39,901 nucleotides of DNA, taken from assembly GCA_002068775.1 (NCBI GenBank), contig MWAX01000161.1:1-39901 (forward strand). Direction: 5' to 3'. A model generated the notes under the pieces. The model searched no databases, had not been told where the DNA came from, and was given only the letters and a program-made list of their open reading frames with translations. Positions 8,152-16,297 of the stretch are shown here, piece by piece (position 1 is the stretch's first letter; the number at the start of each line of letters is the position of its first letter). The position numbers and the translations under genes were made by a program. Origin of the DNA: Actinobacteria bacterium ADurb.Bin346 (lineage in GTDB: Bacteria; Actinomycetota; Humimicrobiia; Humimicrobiales; Humimicrobiaceae).

Positions 8152-9087
8152 ATGCTTATTATATTTAAAAAAGTCATATACATATACCTGATACTTGGGC
8201 TGAATATTTATTTCTGTTCCTATTTTTTAAGCAAAATCTCTGCAAGGACTGAGCTGCGCAGAGGATATGTGGCTGCCAGGGCAGGCGGTTTTGGACGTCC
8301 CTTTGCCAGCATATTCAAGTATATGTCCAAGGAGCACAGATTAAGCGTCTGGGAAATGCTGCTGTTCTTTTTTTCATTCTTTATATGGACTGTAATACCA
8401 TTTTCGCAATCATTGATAATTATCAAATTTGATTTTGATATCATAGCTGTCATATTATTTTACCTTGTGCTTGTTTTTCTAATAATAATAAATGCCTGCA
8501 GCAGCTCATACGGCTTCATATATAATAATTTTTCCAGAAAAATCCTGATGATGTTCACATTCTTTATACCGCTGTTGTTCTGTATTGCAAGCATTGTACT
8601 TATCAGCAGGACTCTAAACCTAAAAGAGATCGTGGGCTCGCAATATCAGTACTGGAACATAATATTCCAGCCGCTCGGTTTTATAGCAGCAGTAACATCA
8701 GTTGTTATGCAGCTTAAGATGCTTGGCCTTACAGGAAAAAACCCTATTCTTTACTCTGAAACAGCAGAAAAAGAAGGGGCAGGTTTTGGCAGGCTTGTTA
8801 ACAGGACAGCAGAATATTCAATAATGTTTTTTCTGATCGTGATTATTGTACTGCTCTATCTTGCCGGCTGGGAAAGATTTTTCCTTATTAATGGAAATGT
8901 GATGTTTGGAATTAAATTCTATGTAGTTTTCTTCTTATTATTGTTTATTGATAAGGCAACGCCGAAGCTTAACGATTTTTATTATCTGAAAAGCGTAAAC
9001 TTCAAGTTTGTGATACCCATCTCAGTTATCAATTTTTTGCTGACTATGGTATTTTTTATTCTGAGAAATATATATAATCTGATTTGA
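8152..9087 (+). CDS. nuoH: NuoH-like polytopic membrane subunit (very divergent)
   Basis: It is 311 aa with about 8 TM segments, placed between the NuoD-like and NuoI-like genes as in nuo operons. The N-terminal loop SARTELRRGYVAARAGGFGRPFASIFKYMSKE echoes the NuoH ERK..A..Q.R.GP...G..Q..AD..K...KE region. Confidence 0.55.
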   Translation: MLIIFKKVIYIYLILGLNIYFCSYFLSKISARTELRRGYVAARAGGFGRPFASIFKYMSKEHRLSVWEMLLFFFSFFIWTVIPFSQSLIIIKFDFDIIAVILFYLVLVFLIIINACSSSYGFIYNNFSRKILMMFTFFIPLLFCIASIVLISRTLNLKEIVGSQYQYWNIIFQPLGFIAAVTSVVMQLKMLGLTGKNPILYSETAEKEGAGFGRLVNRTAEYSIMFFLIVIIVLLYLAGWERFFLINGNVMFGIKFYVVFFLLLFIDKATPKLNDFYYLKSVNFKFVIPISVINFLLTMVFFILRNIYNLI

Positions 9088-9116
9088 TTTTTTAATTGAC
9101 AGGTGGTTTTAGCTAT

Positions 9117-9548
9117 ATGAGACCGGTAATAAGAGATTTTTTTATAGAGTTTGGCAATATGTTCCGTAAGCCCAGGACTGTTGTATATCCAAAAGAAAAA
9201 ATAATAATCCCGGATGGAAGCAGGGGCATACCAAGGCTCAAGCTTGACCTGGATTCTCTGGAAGTGCTCTGCAATGGTTGTGGAGACTGTGCAAAAGCCT
9301 GTTCCGCCAGATGCATTAAAATAAAAAGAGGCATAGATGAAAACGGCAGGGAATTTTTAGAAGAGTTTAACATAGATCTTAACAGTTGTATTTTTTGCGG
9401 CAATTGTGTTGAGGTTTGTGAAAGGAAAGCAATTGAAATGACATACAGGCACCAGCTTGCCGATCAGGACAGAAACTCCTTCAAAATGGAAAAACAGGAT
9501 TTAATAAAACAGGCGGATTATTCAATAAGGGATTTTTGGACAAAATAA
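9117..9548 (+). CDS. nuoI: NuoI-like 2x[4Fe-4S] ferredoxin subunit
   Basis: There are two CxxCxxCxxxC motifs (CNGCGDCAKAC and CIFCGNCVEVC) and an N-terminal ..FRKPRTVVYPKEK.. resembling NuoI (T..YPEE). I prefer the ATG at 9117 (AGGTGG 10 nt upstream) over the track's TTG at 9096. Confidence 0.8.
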   Translation: MRPVIRDFFIEFGNMFRKPRTVVYPKEKIIIPDGSRGIPRLKLDLDSLEVLCNGCGDCAKACSARCIKIKRGIDENGREFLEEFNIDLNSCIFCGNCVEVCERKAIEMTYRHQLADQDRNSFKMEKQDLIKQADYSIRDFWTK

Positions 9549-10117
9549 TGGATGGCAAATTAATTTTAGGATTCCTGAATTACTTAATGCTCAGTCTCAT
9601 TTTTATTTTTGGACTGATTTCTCTGGCTGTAAAAGACCAGAAGAAGAAGCTCTCTTTTCTTTTCTTCATGCTTTTTTGCTCAGGTATATTGAGCTACCTT
9701 TTCTTTGCTAAAATAGCCTTTATGCTGCCTGGAATAATGCTGCTGTTTTTTTGTCTTTCAGTTTTAATTATGGTTGCCGGTCAGGAATATTTTGGTTATG
9801 GCAAACCACTGATCAAAGCCGGGAAAGAAGTTATGCCGGAAAGGCATAGCAGAGGCTGGTTTAATCCGGGAGTTATCATTAATCTTCTCTTATCTTTAAT
9901 ATTATGCATTGGTGCAGGAGTTTTATTTTATTATTTTAACAGAGATTTTTACCAGGACCTTGTACTGGTAGATACTTTTAAAGTCGCAGAAATGCAGCAG
10001 ATCGTAAATAATATAGGGTTAAATTATATGGCAGCAATCCTGATTATTTTTTGCGGGCTTGCCTCTTCATTTTTCTGGTTTTTGTGCATACTGGATAAAA
10101 AAGGTGATAAAAGTTGA
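9536..10117 (+). CDS. nuoJ: NuoJ-like membrane subunit
   Basis: It is a 193-aa protein with about 5 TM segments lying between the NuoI-like and NuoK-like genes. Its start overlaps the upstream stop (TTG at 9536, or ATG at 9548 in a TAATG overlap). The call rests on position, size and topology only. Confidence 0.5.
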   Translation: MDKIMDGKLILGFLNYLMLSLIFIFGLISLAVKDQKKKLSFLFFMLFCSGILSYLFFAKIAFMLPGIMLLFFCLSVLIMVAGQEYFGYGKPLIKAGKEVMPERHSRGWFNPGVIINLLLSLILCIGAGVLFYYFNRDFYQDLVLVDTFKVAEMQQIVNNIGLNYMAAILIIFCGLASSFFWFLCILDKKGDKS

Positions 10118-10464
10118 ACCTCCAATTCATAATACTATTCAGTTTTGCCATATTTTTACTTGGAATATTCGGGCTGACTTTTTACAGAAGCCTTTTATCT
10201 GTGCTGATCTCTTTTCAGCTTATAATTTTTTCAGCAACAATCAATTTTTTCGGGTTCTCATTATTTCTTTATAAGGCAATGACATGGGACAAGATATTTA
10301 TATTTTTTGCTTTTATCTCAATATATCTCGTGCTGTTCTCGATAGTATTTTATAATTATTCGATACAGACTGGAATCTATGAGCTTGATGTAAAAAATGA
10401 CTTCAGGTTTTTCAGATTCAGCAAGTCCGACTGGTGGGGAGAAGATAAAATTGGAGAAGATTAA
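10114..10464 (+). CDS. nuoK: NuoK-like 3-TM membrane subunit (both canonical membrane Glu apparently absent)
   Basis: MNLQFIILFSFAIFLLGIFGLTFYRSLLSVLISFQLIIFSATINFF parallels the NuoK pattern (..GL.G...RRN.L..L...E.M.NA.NL). The TTG start overlaps the NuoJ-like stop (GTTGA), with an AAGGTGA RBS. Confidence 0.6.
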   Translation: MNLQFIILFSFAIFLLGIFGLTFYRSLLSVLISFQLIIFSATINFFGFSLFLYKAMTWDKIFIFFAFISIYLVLFSIVFYNYSIQTGIYELDVKNDFRFFRFSKSDWWGEDKIGED

Positions 10465-12073
10465 AGCCCTGCTTGACAGCATATACCCGTTCTATCCTGT
10501 ATTATTTATACTGGGTTCCGGCATAATCACTGTATTTTTTGGCATGTCCGGCAGGAAACCAGTTAAGTTATTTATAATAATACTCACTGCATGCTCAATA
10601 GCTGCAGGTATTTTTATAAATATATATTCTTATAACCTGAAAGGAGAATTTTCAAATTTTCTTTTTAATTTCAGCGGCCTTCAGGTTGCACTCACATCCA
10701 TGGTTTTATTTTCTGCTTTAAACGCACTGCTGTTTTTATGCTTGTTTAATTTTAGAAAAGATAATTTGATAAAAATAATCCTTATGTTTGATTTATGTAT
10801 TTTATCCTTTATTTTTTTCATTCCATCTGTAAATTTTATAGTGATGTTTTCAAGCCTGACGTTTTTTATAACAGGTGTTTTTCAGCTTGTAACATCCTTA
10901 AACAGAGGTGTCTTTTTAAGTTCAATGCCCGAGTATACAATAAAAAACAATATTATAAGGTTTTTTCTGTTATCTGCATTATCTTTGCTATTAATGTTCC
11001 TGGGATTTTCCCTTCTTTTTGGAGCCACAGATTTAAAAACCTTCAGCCAGGTGCTCGAATCAGATTTTAAAAACACCTCTCTTATTAAAACAGGGTTTTT
11101 CATTATCCTGCTGAGCGCATTTTTATTTTCAGGGTTTGTACCGCTGCACAGTCCTTATATGAAAATGCAGAAAAGGATTGAGAAGTCCTCAACAAGCATA
11201 ATATGGCTTTTATATATTTTAGCGGGAATAATTTTGCTTTTAAAATTAAAAGATATCTTTTTCTTTTTTCTTGACAGTGATAATAAATACATAATAATTG
11301 CACTCCTTGTGGTTTCAGCAGCTTGTGTTTTTGCCGGAAATCTTGGAGCTCTTAAAACTACGAGCATAAGAAGGATCTTTTCATTTTTTGTACTTTCAAT
11401 CCTGGGAACTTCAGTCCTCGGTTTTGTGCAGTATGGGCTCGGATTGTTTGACGGGACAACTGTTTTAAAATATATAATTTCGAACTGTATACTTCTTGGT
11501 GTGACTTATATGCCGCTGATGCTGGTATTTTACTCACTTGAAACAAATGGTGACGACTCTCTTGAAAGACTAAGAGGGTTTGGCAAAAGAAATATTTATC
11601 TTTCCATTAACATGGTCATTATCATGCTTTCATTAAGCGGGCTTCCGGGTACCTATGGTTATCTTTCAAGGATGTCTTTATTATCTGTATTCCTGAGCGA
11701 TTATCGTACAATTATTGACCAGTCGGGCGGGAACTTTATCTCAGGGCTGAAAATTTCAAACATGCTGGTCGCCTTTATTTCATGGGCTTTTATTGCAGCA
11801 AACATCATAAGGCTGATCGTTGTGATTTATGGCAAAGAAATCACAAAAAAGGACATATATGCAACGGATTTACAATCCCGGGAAGTTATAGAAAACTCCG
11901 GCACTGTAAAAAGTAAAACTGTGCAGGGAAGTGCTTTTATACCTGTTTTCATTTATATTTATGTGACAATCTTCACCCTGCTGATAGTACTTACAGGAGT
12001 TGCGGGGCTACTGGAGATTCTCGGATTAAAAACATTATTTAGCGGATTCAGCATTTTAAGCCTGAATTTTTAA
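10451..12073 (+). CDS. Antiporter-like subunit (NuoL/M/N / Mrp-type, Proton_antipo_M-like), the only one in the cluster
   Basis: It is about 540 aa with about 14 TM segments. Motif remnants are FSGFVPLHSPYM (cf. FK...PFH.W.PD.Y), GALKTTSIRRIFSFFVLS (cf. A..Q...KR.LAYSSI) and SLSGLPGTYGYLSR (cf. SLAG.PP..GF.GK). The track ORF starts at 10397 inside nuoK. The TTG at 10451 (GGGGAG 8 nt upstream) is more plausible, but the start is uncertain. Confidence 0.65.
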   Translation: MEKIKALLDSIYPFYPVLFILGSGIITVFFGMSGRKPVKLFIIILTACSIAAGIFINIYSYNLKGEFSNFLFNFSGLQVALTSMVLFSALNALLFLCLFNFRKDNLIKIILMFDLCILSFIFFIPSVNFIVMFSSLTFFITGVFQLVTSLNRGVFLSSMPEYTIKNNIIRFFLLSALSLLLMFLGFSLLFGATDLKTFSQVLESDFKNTSLIKTGFFIILLSAFLFSGFVPLHSPYMKMQKRIEKSSTSIIWLLYILAGIILLLKLKDIFFFFLDSDNKYIIIALLVVSAACVFAGNLGALKTTSIRRIFSFFVLSILGTSVLGFVQYGLGLFDGTTVLKYIISNCILLGVTYMPLMLVFYSLETNGDDSLERLRGFGKRNIYLSINMVIIMLSLSGLPGTYGYLSRMSLLSVFLSDYRTIIDQSGGNFISGLKISNMLVAFISWAFIAANIIRLIVVIYGKEITKKDIYATDLQSREVIENSGTVKSKTVQGSAFIPVFIYIYVTIFTLLIVLTGVAGLLEILGLKTLFSGFSILSLNF

Positions 12074-12163
12074 AACCCTGCAGGCATGGACTTTTTAAAA
12101 ACCCGCAACTTTAAACTGGAAAGCACTTACTTCGAGCGGTTAATTTAAAAATACTTTCTTATC

Positions 12164-12934
12164 ATGGAGACTTACAATAAAAGATTTAATTTAAAGCATC
12201 TTCTTATAATCATTTTTATACTTGTCATAGTGCTTGCAATTGTTATCAGCATCAGCCAGTTTACTTTCAGAAAAGAATACCAGCCGCCAACAGCCCTTAT
12301 CAACATGCTGCCAAGATATAGGGTCATAGACATGGATAATATCCCGATAAAAAGTGATAAAGACGGCGACGGCATCAATGATCAGAAGGATATTCTGATG
12401 GGGGCTAAAAGTCAGCTTATAGAGCCGGCAGTAAATATTTTCAGTGAGGGCTTAAATGAAACCAACTATTATAATGGGGGAGATCCGCCACCCGGACTTG
12501 CAGTTTGCACTGATATAATTGCAAGGGCTTTTAAGGCAGCAGGTTTTGATATAAGGCAGCTTGTCTACGAAGATATCAGGGATAATTTTTCAGAATATCC
12601 TTTAAGAACCCTCTGGGGACAAACCAGGCCGGACAAGGATATAGATTACAGGAGAATACAGAATCTTGAGATTTTTTTTAAAAGAAATGCCAAAGCTCTT
12701 ACCCTGACTTTCAATTACACAAGTGAGCAGGATTTAATGAAGTGGCTGCCGGGAGATATTGTTTTTTTTGACATGGACAGGGATGGATATACAGATAATG
12801 CAGGGATAATCTCAGATTTCACTACAAGAAAGGGAATACCAAAAATAATTTATAATTATATAGATCCGGGACACACCATAGAGTCAGAAATCCTGACAAC
12901 TGCAAAGATAACAGGCCACTACAGGTGGCAATGA
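12164..12934 (+). CDS. DUF1287-domain protein with N-terminal membrane anchor
   Basis: An N-terminal TM segment (LLIIIFILVIVLAIVISI) is followed by GLAVCTDIIARAFKAAGFDIRQLVYEDI...GDIVFF.., the pattern I associate with DUF1287 proteins. Confidence 0.6.
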   Translation: METYNKRFNLKHLLIIIFILVIVLAIVISISQFTFRKEYQPPTALINMLPRYRVIDMDNIPIKSDKDGDGINDQKDILMGAKSQLIEPAVNIFSEGLNETNYYNGGDPPPGLAVCTDIIARAFKAAGFDIRQLVYEDIRDNFSEYPLRTLWGQTRPDKDIDYRRIQNLEIFFKRNAKALTLTFNYTSEQDLMKWLPGDIVFFDMDRDGYTDNAGIISDFTTRKGIPKIIYNYIDPGHTIESEILTTAKITGHYRWQ

Positions 12935-13098
12935 CAGGTTAAAACAGGAGCAATACTTAAACTGGTACGAAAATCTGCACTATTAAAATTATAAATCAGG
13001 ATGTGATATTACCTGCCTGAGGCATCAGCTATGAAGAATGAATTTTTGAGGCTCAGAATTCGTTTACTATATCAACTTTATATTGTATACTTTAATCA

Positions 13099-13731
13099 AT
13101 GCCAATCAGTTCAAAAAAAAGTTTAAACAAGCTACATGAAGAAATATCAATATGTAAGCAATGCCTTGACCTTGTAAAGACCAGGAAAAATACAGTTCCC
13201 GGCAGAGGTGCCCCAAACTCAAAGTTGATAATAGTCGGATTTTATCCTGAAGAAGTCGCAGGCAGTAAAGAAGGATTGCCGGATACAGAAAGCAGGCAGG
13301 ATATTTTAATGAAGAAAATGCTGGCAGGTGCCGGTCTTTCACTTGATACTGACACATACATCACTTATCTGGTAAAATGCACTCCGCAAAACGCAAATAT
13401 TGCGGAAGAGGACGCCGGACAAAAAAAATATGTCCCATCAGAAAAGCACATATCAAACTGCATCAATTATTTTACTGAAGAAATTTCAATAATTACGCCA
13501 CACATCATAGTATCTCTTGGGATTGATGCCTCAAATATAATACTCAGGGATTTCTTTTCTTCTGCAAGGAAACATACAGATATGTCAAAGCTGCACATGA
13601 AGCTTTTTGAAAATCCGTCATTTAAGCTGGTCCCTTTCTACAGCCTGCAGGAAGTGCTGGATGGTTCAGTGAGCGAACTCAGGTATCTTGAAGACTTCAG
13701 GAACCTTTCGAAATTATTCAGAATAGTTTAA
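13099..13731 (+). CDS. Uracil-DNA glycosylase superfamily protein, family-4-like with divergent active-site motifs
   Basis: CKQC...KLIIVGFYPEE...AGLSLDTDTYITYLVKCTP...NC follows the family-4 UDG layout (CxxC, ..VGExPG.., G...Y.T..vKC.P, C). All four putative Fe-S Cys are present, but motif A reads GFYPEE. Confidence 0.6.
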   Translation: MPISSKKSLNKLHEEISICKQCLDLVKTRKNTVPGRGAPNSKLIIVGFYPEEVAGSKEGLPDTESRQDILMKKMLAGAGLSLDTDTYITYLVKCTPQNANIAEEDAGQKKYVPSEKHISNCINYFTEEISIITPHIIVSLGIDASNIILRDFFSSARKHTDMSKLHMKLFENPSFKLVPFYSLQEVLDGSVSELRYLEDFRNLSKLFRIV

Positions 13732-13750
13732 GTCAATTAACGGCAGCCGC

Positions 13751-14740
13751 CTATTCAACAAGATATACATATATTTTCCTTCTGCCATACCTGTAGCATT
13801 CATCAAGTGAATCAAAACAAAGATCTATGCGGTTTCCCTTAATCCATCCACCGGTATCGGCAGCAATTGCTTCGCCATACCCTTCTATGAATACTTTTGT
13901 CCCGAGCCTGATAGTTCGCGGGTCCACAGCGACAATACCTTTTCTTGCGCGCAGCCCTGTAGCGGTTACACCATCGCCATTGAGCCCGCCTCCCCCTGCA
14001 TAATATGCTGTTGCAACCATGGTTATTTCTCCGGAAAGCGTTATTCCGGCAGGCTGTATCCTGGCAATCCGCTCTTTTATTGCAGCCAGTATCTGAGCAA
14101 CATTTGCTTTTTCCTGCTCGACTTTTTCAAGCAGATATTTGTCTTTATCAAGGTTTTCTTTCAGGACAGTCTGTTCTTTTTCCCTTTCTTTTTTTACAGA
14201 TTGCATTTCTTTTTTCTTTTCCTCAGATTTCCGCATTATCCTGTCATAACTTTCCTTGTCAAGTCTTAATGCCTCAATTAACTGGGCATCTCTGCGCATG
14301 ATGTTCCGGAATATATAAAGAGTTGTTATGAATTCATTTATGTCCCTGGCGGAAGTAAGGAGTTTAATCACATTATTTTTACCATATTTATATGAATAAA
14401 TAACTCTTTCGGAAAGCAGCACTTTTTTTGTATCGATACTTTTCTCTATGTCAATGCGTTGTTTTGTCAAGTCCTGAAGTTCAAGCTCAAGCCCTGTGAT
14501 TATTTCTGCAAGCCTGATGATTTCGGTTTTTTTCGTTTCTATTAATGCTTCGACTGCAATTATTTCTTCAATAAGGCCCTCCTCTTCATCGCTTAAAGCT
14601 GCAATTTGATTGCTCAGCTCTTTTAATGTCAGGGCCTCTATTCTCGAAGGGCAAGCAAAAGAAAACTCAATGCAGAGCATTGATGCCAGCAGAAAAAAAA
14701 TCACTGTTTTAATCAATTTATTTTTATATTTATTTATCAA
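13751..14740 (-). CDS. Secreted coiled-coil protein with C-terminal 3D (MltA/RlpA-like) domain; putative cell-wall-active protein
   Basis: A signal-like N-terminus is followed by about 200 aa that are heptad-rich and E/K-rich. The C-terminus reads GDGVTATGLRARKGIVAVDPRTIRLGTKVFIEGYGEAIAADTGGWIKGNRIDLCFDS, the 3D-domain signature (T.SG......G..AVDP..IPLG......GYG...A.DTGG.IKG..IDL). Confidence 0.8.
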   Translation of the reverse strand: MINKYKNKLIKTVIFFLLASMLCIEFSFACPSRIEALTLKELSNQIAALSDEEEGLIEEIIAVEALIETKKTEIIRLAEIITGLELELQDLTKQRIDIEKSIDTKKVLLSERVIYSYKYGKNNVIKLLTSARDINEFITTLYIFRNIMRRDAQLIEALRLDKESYDRIMRKSEEKKKEMQSVKKEREKEQTVLKENLDKDKYLLEKVEQEKANVAQILAAIKERIARIQPAGITLSGEITMVATAYYAGGGGLNGDGVTATGLRARKGIVAVDPRTIRLGTKVFIEGYGEAIAADTGGWIKGNRIDLCFDSLDECYRYGRRKIYVYLVE

Positions 14741-14951
14741 GACAAAAAACCGTTTAGTAAAATAATATTCTTATACGCATGATTTTTTTAGAAATAGATT
14801 ATATTATTTTAAACCTTTAATCTATATATTATAAGGTATTTTACAATATGCTGTTTTGATATTTAAAATCAAATATCACTTCAATTAAAAAAATTCTTAA
14901 TGTATAATCACGCTTAATAGAAAAGGGGATACCTAAAAGAAAGGAGAAGCT

Positions 14952-15584
14952 ATGGCAAAATATCAGGATCTCGCAGACGCCATCATTGCAGGTGACAATG
15001 TCAAAAGCAAGGAAATAACACAGAAGCTTGTTGACAGTGGCGTCAATGCCATCGAAATACTCAACGATGGCCTGGTGCCGGGAATGGAGGTTGTTGGCGC
15101 AAAATTTAAAGCCAACGAGATGTACATTCCTGAAGTACTGATTGCGGCAAGGGCAATGCATGCAGCAATGGATATCATCAAACCAATGCTTTCAGAATCC
15201 GGAGCAGAAATGAAGGGGACAATAGTGATAGGTACAGTTCAGGGCGACCTTCATGATATTGGTAAAAATCTTGTTGGCATGATGCTCGAAGGCGGAGGCT
15301 ACACAGTTGTTGACGTCGGGGTGGATGTTCCTTCAGACAAATTTGTTGAGGAAGTAAAGAAAAGCGGAGCAAAAGTGGTTGGCCTTTCAGCATTGCTTAC
15401 CACGACAATGCCTGTAATGAAAGACGTTATCAGCGCAATAAGAGCTGATGCTGCAACAAAGAGTACAATGGTTATGGTTGGCGGCGCACCACTGACACAG
15501 GAATATGCAGATTCAATTGGCGCAAATGGTTATGCTCCTGATGCTTCAAGTGCAGTTGACCTTGCAAAGAAGCTTATGGGCTGA
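14952..15584 (+). CDS. Cobalamin-binding corrinoid protein (MtmC/MtbC/MttC-like methyltransferase partner)
   Basis: An N-terminal B12-binding-2 cap helix bundle (LADAIIAGD...EMYIPEVLIAARAM) is followed by GTVQGDLHDIGKNLV (DxHxxG), GLSALLTTT and GGAPLTQEYADSIGA. AAGGAGAAG RBS. Confidence 0.88.
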   Translation: MAKYQDLADAIIAGDNVKSKEITQKLVDSGVNAIEILNDGLVPGMEVVGAKFKANEMYIPEVLIAARAMHAAMDIIKPMLSESGAEMKGTIVIGTVQGDLHDIGKNLVGMMLEGGGYTVVDVGVDVPSDKFVEEVKKSGAKVVGLSALLTTTMPVMKDVISAIRADAATKSTMVMVGGAPLTQEYADSIGANGYAPDASSAVDLAKKLMG

Positions 15585-15657
15585 GAGAAAACCATAAAAA
15601 GCGGGCCGAAAGCAATAACAGTACTTATTAATTTCAAAAATTAATAGGGATATTAAA

Positions 15658-15697
15658 TTAGAAGTGTCTAACCGAAGATAGGCACTTCTAATTTTTA
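15658..15697. terminator. Hairpin between the convergent corrinoid-protein and ribH genes; probable bidirectional terminator
   Basis: TTAGAAGTGTCTA-accgaaga-TAGGCACTTCTAA forms a 13-bp stem with one G-T pair, followed by TTTTTA on the + strand. Confidence 0.6.
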
Positions 15698-15718
15698 TAA
15701 GATAAGGTATTTTAAATT

Positions 15719-16186
15719 TCAGGTTCCGAGAGCTTTATAAAGGTTTGCCATTTCAATTGCAGAAAGCGCTGCCTGCCAGCCGCTGTTTCCCAGTTTTGTG
15801 CCCGCCCTTTCTATTGCCTGTTCCAGTGTATCAGGCGTTATAACACCAAAAATCACCGGAAAATCCATAGACAGCGCAGTCTGAGAAATGCCTTTTATCA
15901 CTTCGCTTGAAATGTAGACATTGTGTGAGGTGTCACCTTTAAGAATTGCTCCGAGACATATTACGGCATCATATTTTTTTGACTGAGCCATTGCTTTTGC
16001 TGCTGCCGGTATCTCGAAAGCACCGGGCACCCATGCAACAGAGATGTCGGCTTTTTTGCAATTATGCCTTTCCAGGCAGTCAACTGCTCCATCCAGAAGC
16101 TTGCTGGTTATAAATTCATTATATCTGCTTATCACTACACCAAATTTCAGCCCGCTTGCGTCAAGCTTTCCTTCAAATACTTGCAT
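15719..16186 (-). CDS. ribH: 6,7-dimethyl-8-ribityllumazine synthase
   Basis: [32 protein letters not shown]...[10 protein letters not shown]...[10 protein letters not shown].. is a classic RibH sequence. It is the last gene of the rib operon. Confidence 0.95.
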   Translation of the reverse strand: MQVFEGKLDASGLKFGVVISRYNEFITSKLLDGAVDCLERHNCKKADISVAWVPGAFEIPAAAKAMAQSKKYDAVICLGAILKGDTSHNVYISSEVIKGISQTALSMDFPVIFGVITPDTLEQAIERAGTKLGNSGWQAALSAIEMANLYKALGT

Positions 16187-16297
16187 TTTTCCTCCCTTAA
16201 TTATTTTTAATTACTGTTTTTAAAAATGTACCCATTAAACTCTGAGTTTACTGCTGACATCGCAGCCTTATGGTAAAGTATTAATAAATTATTAAAA

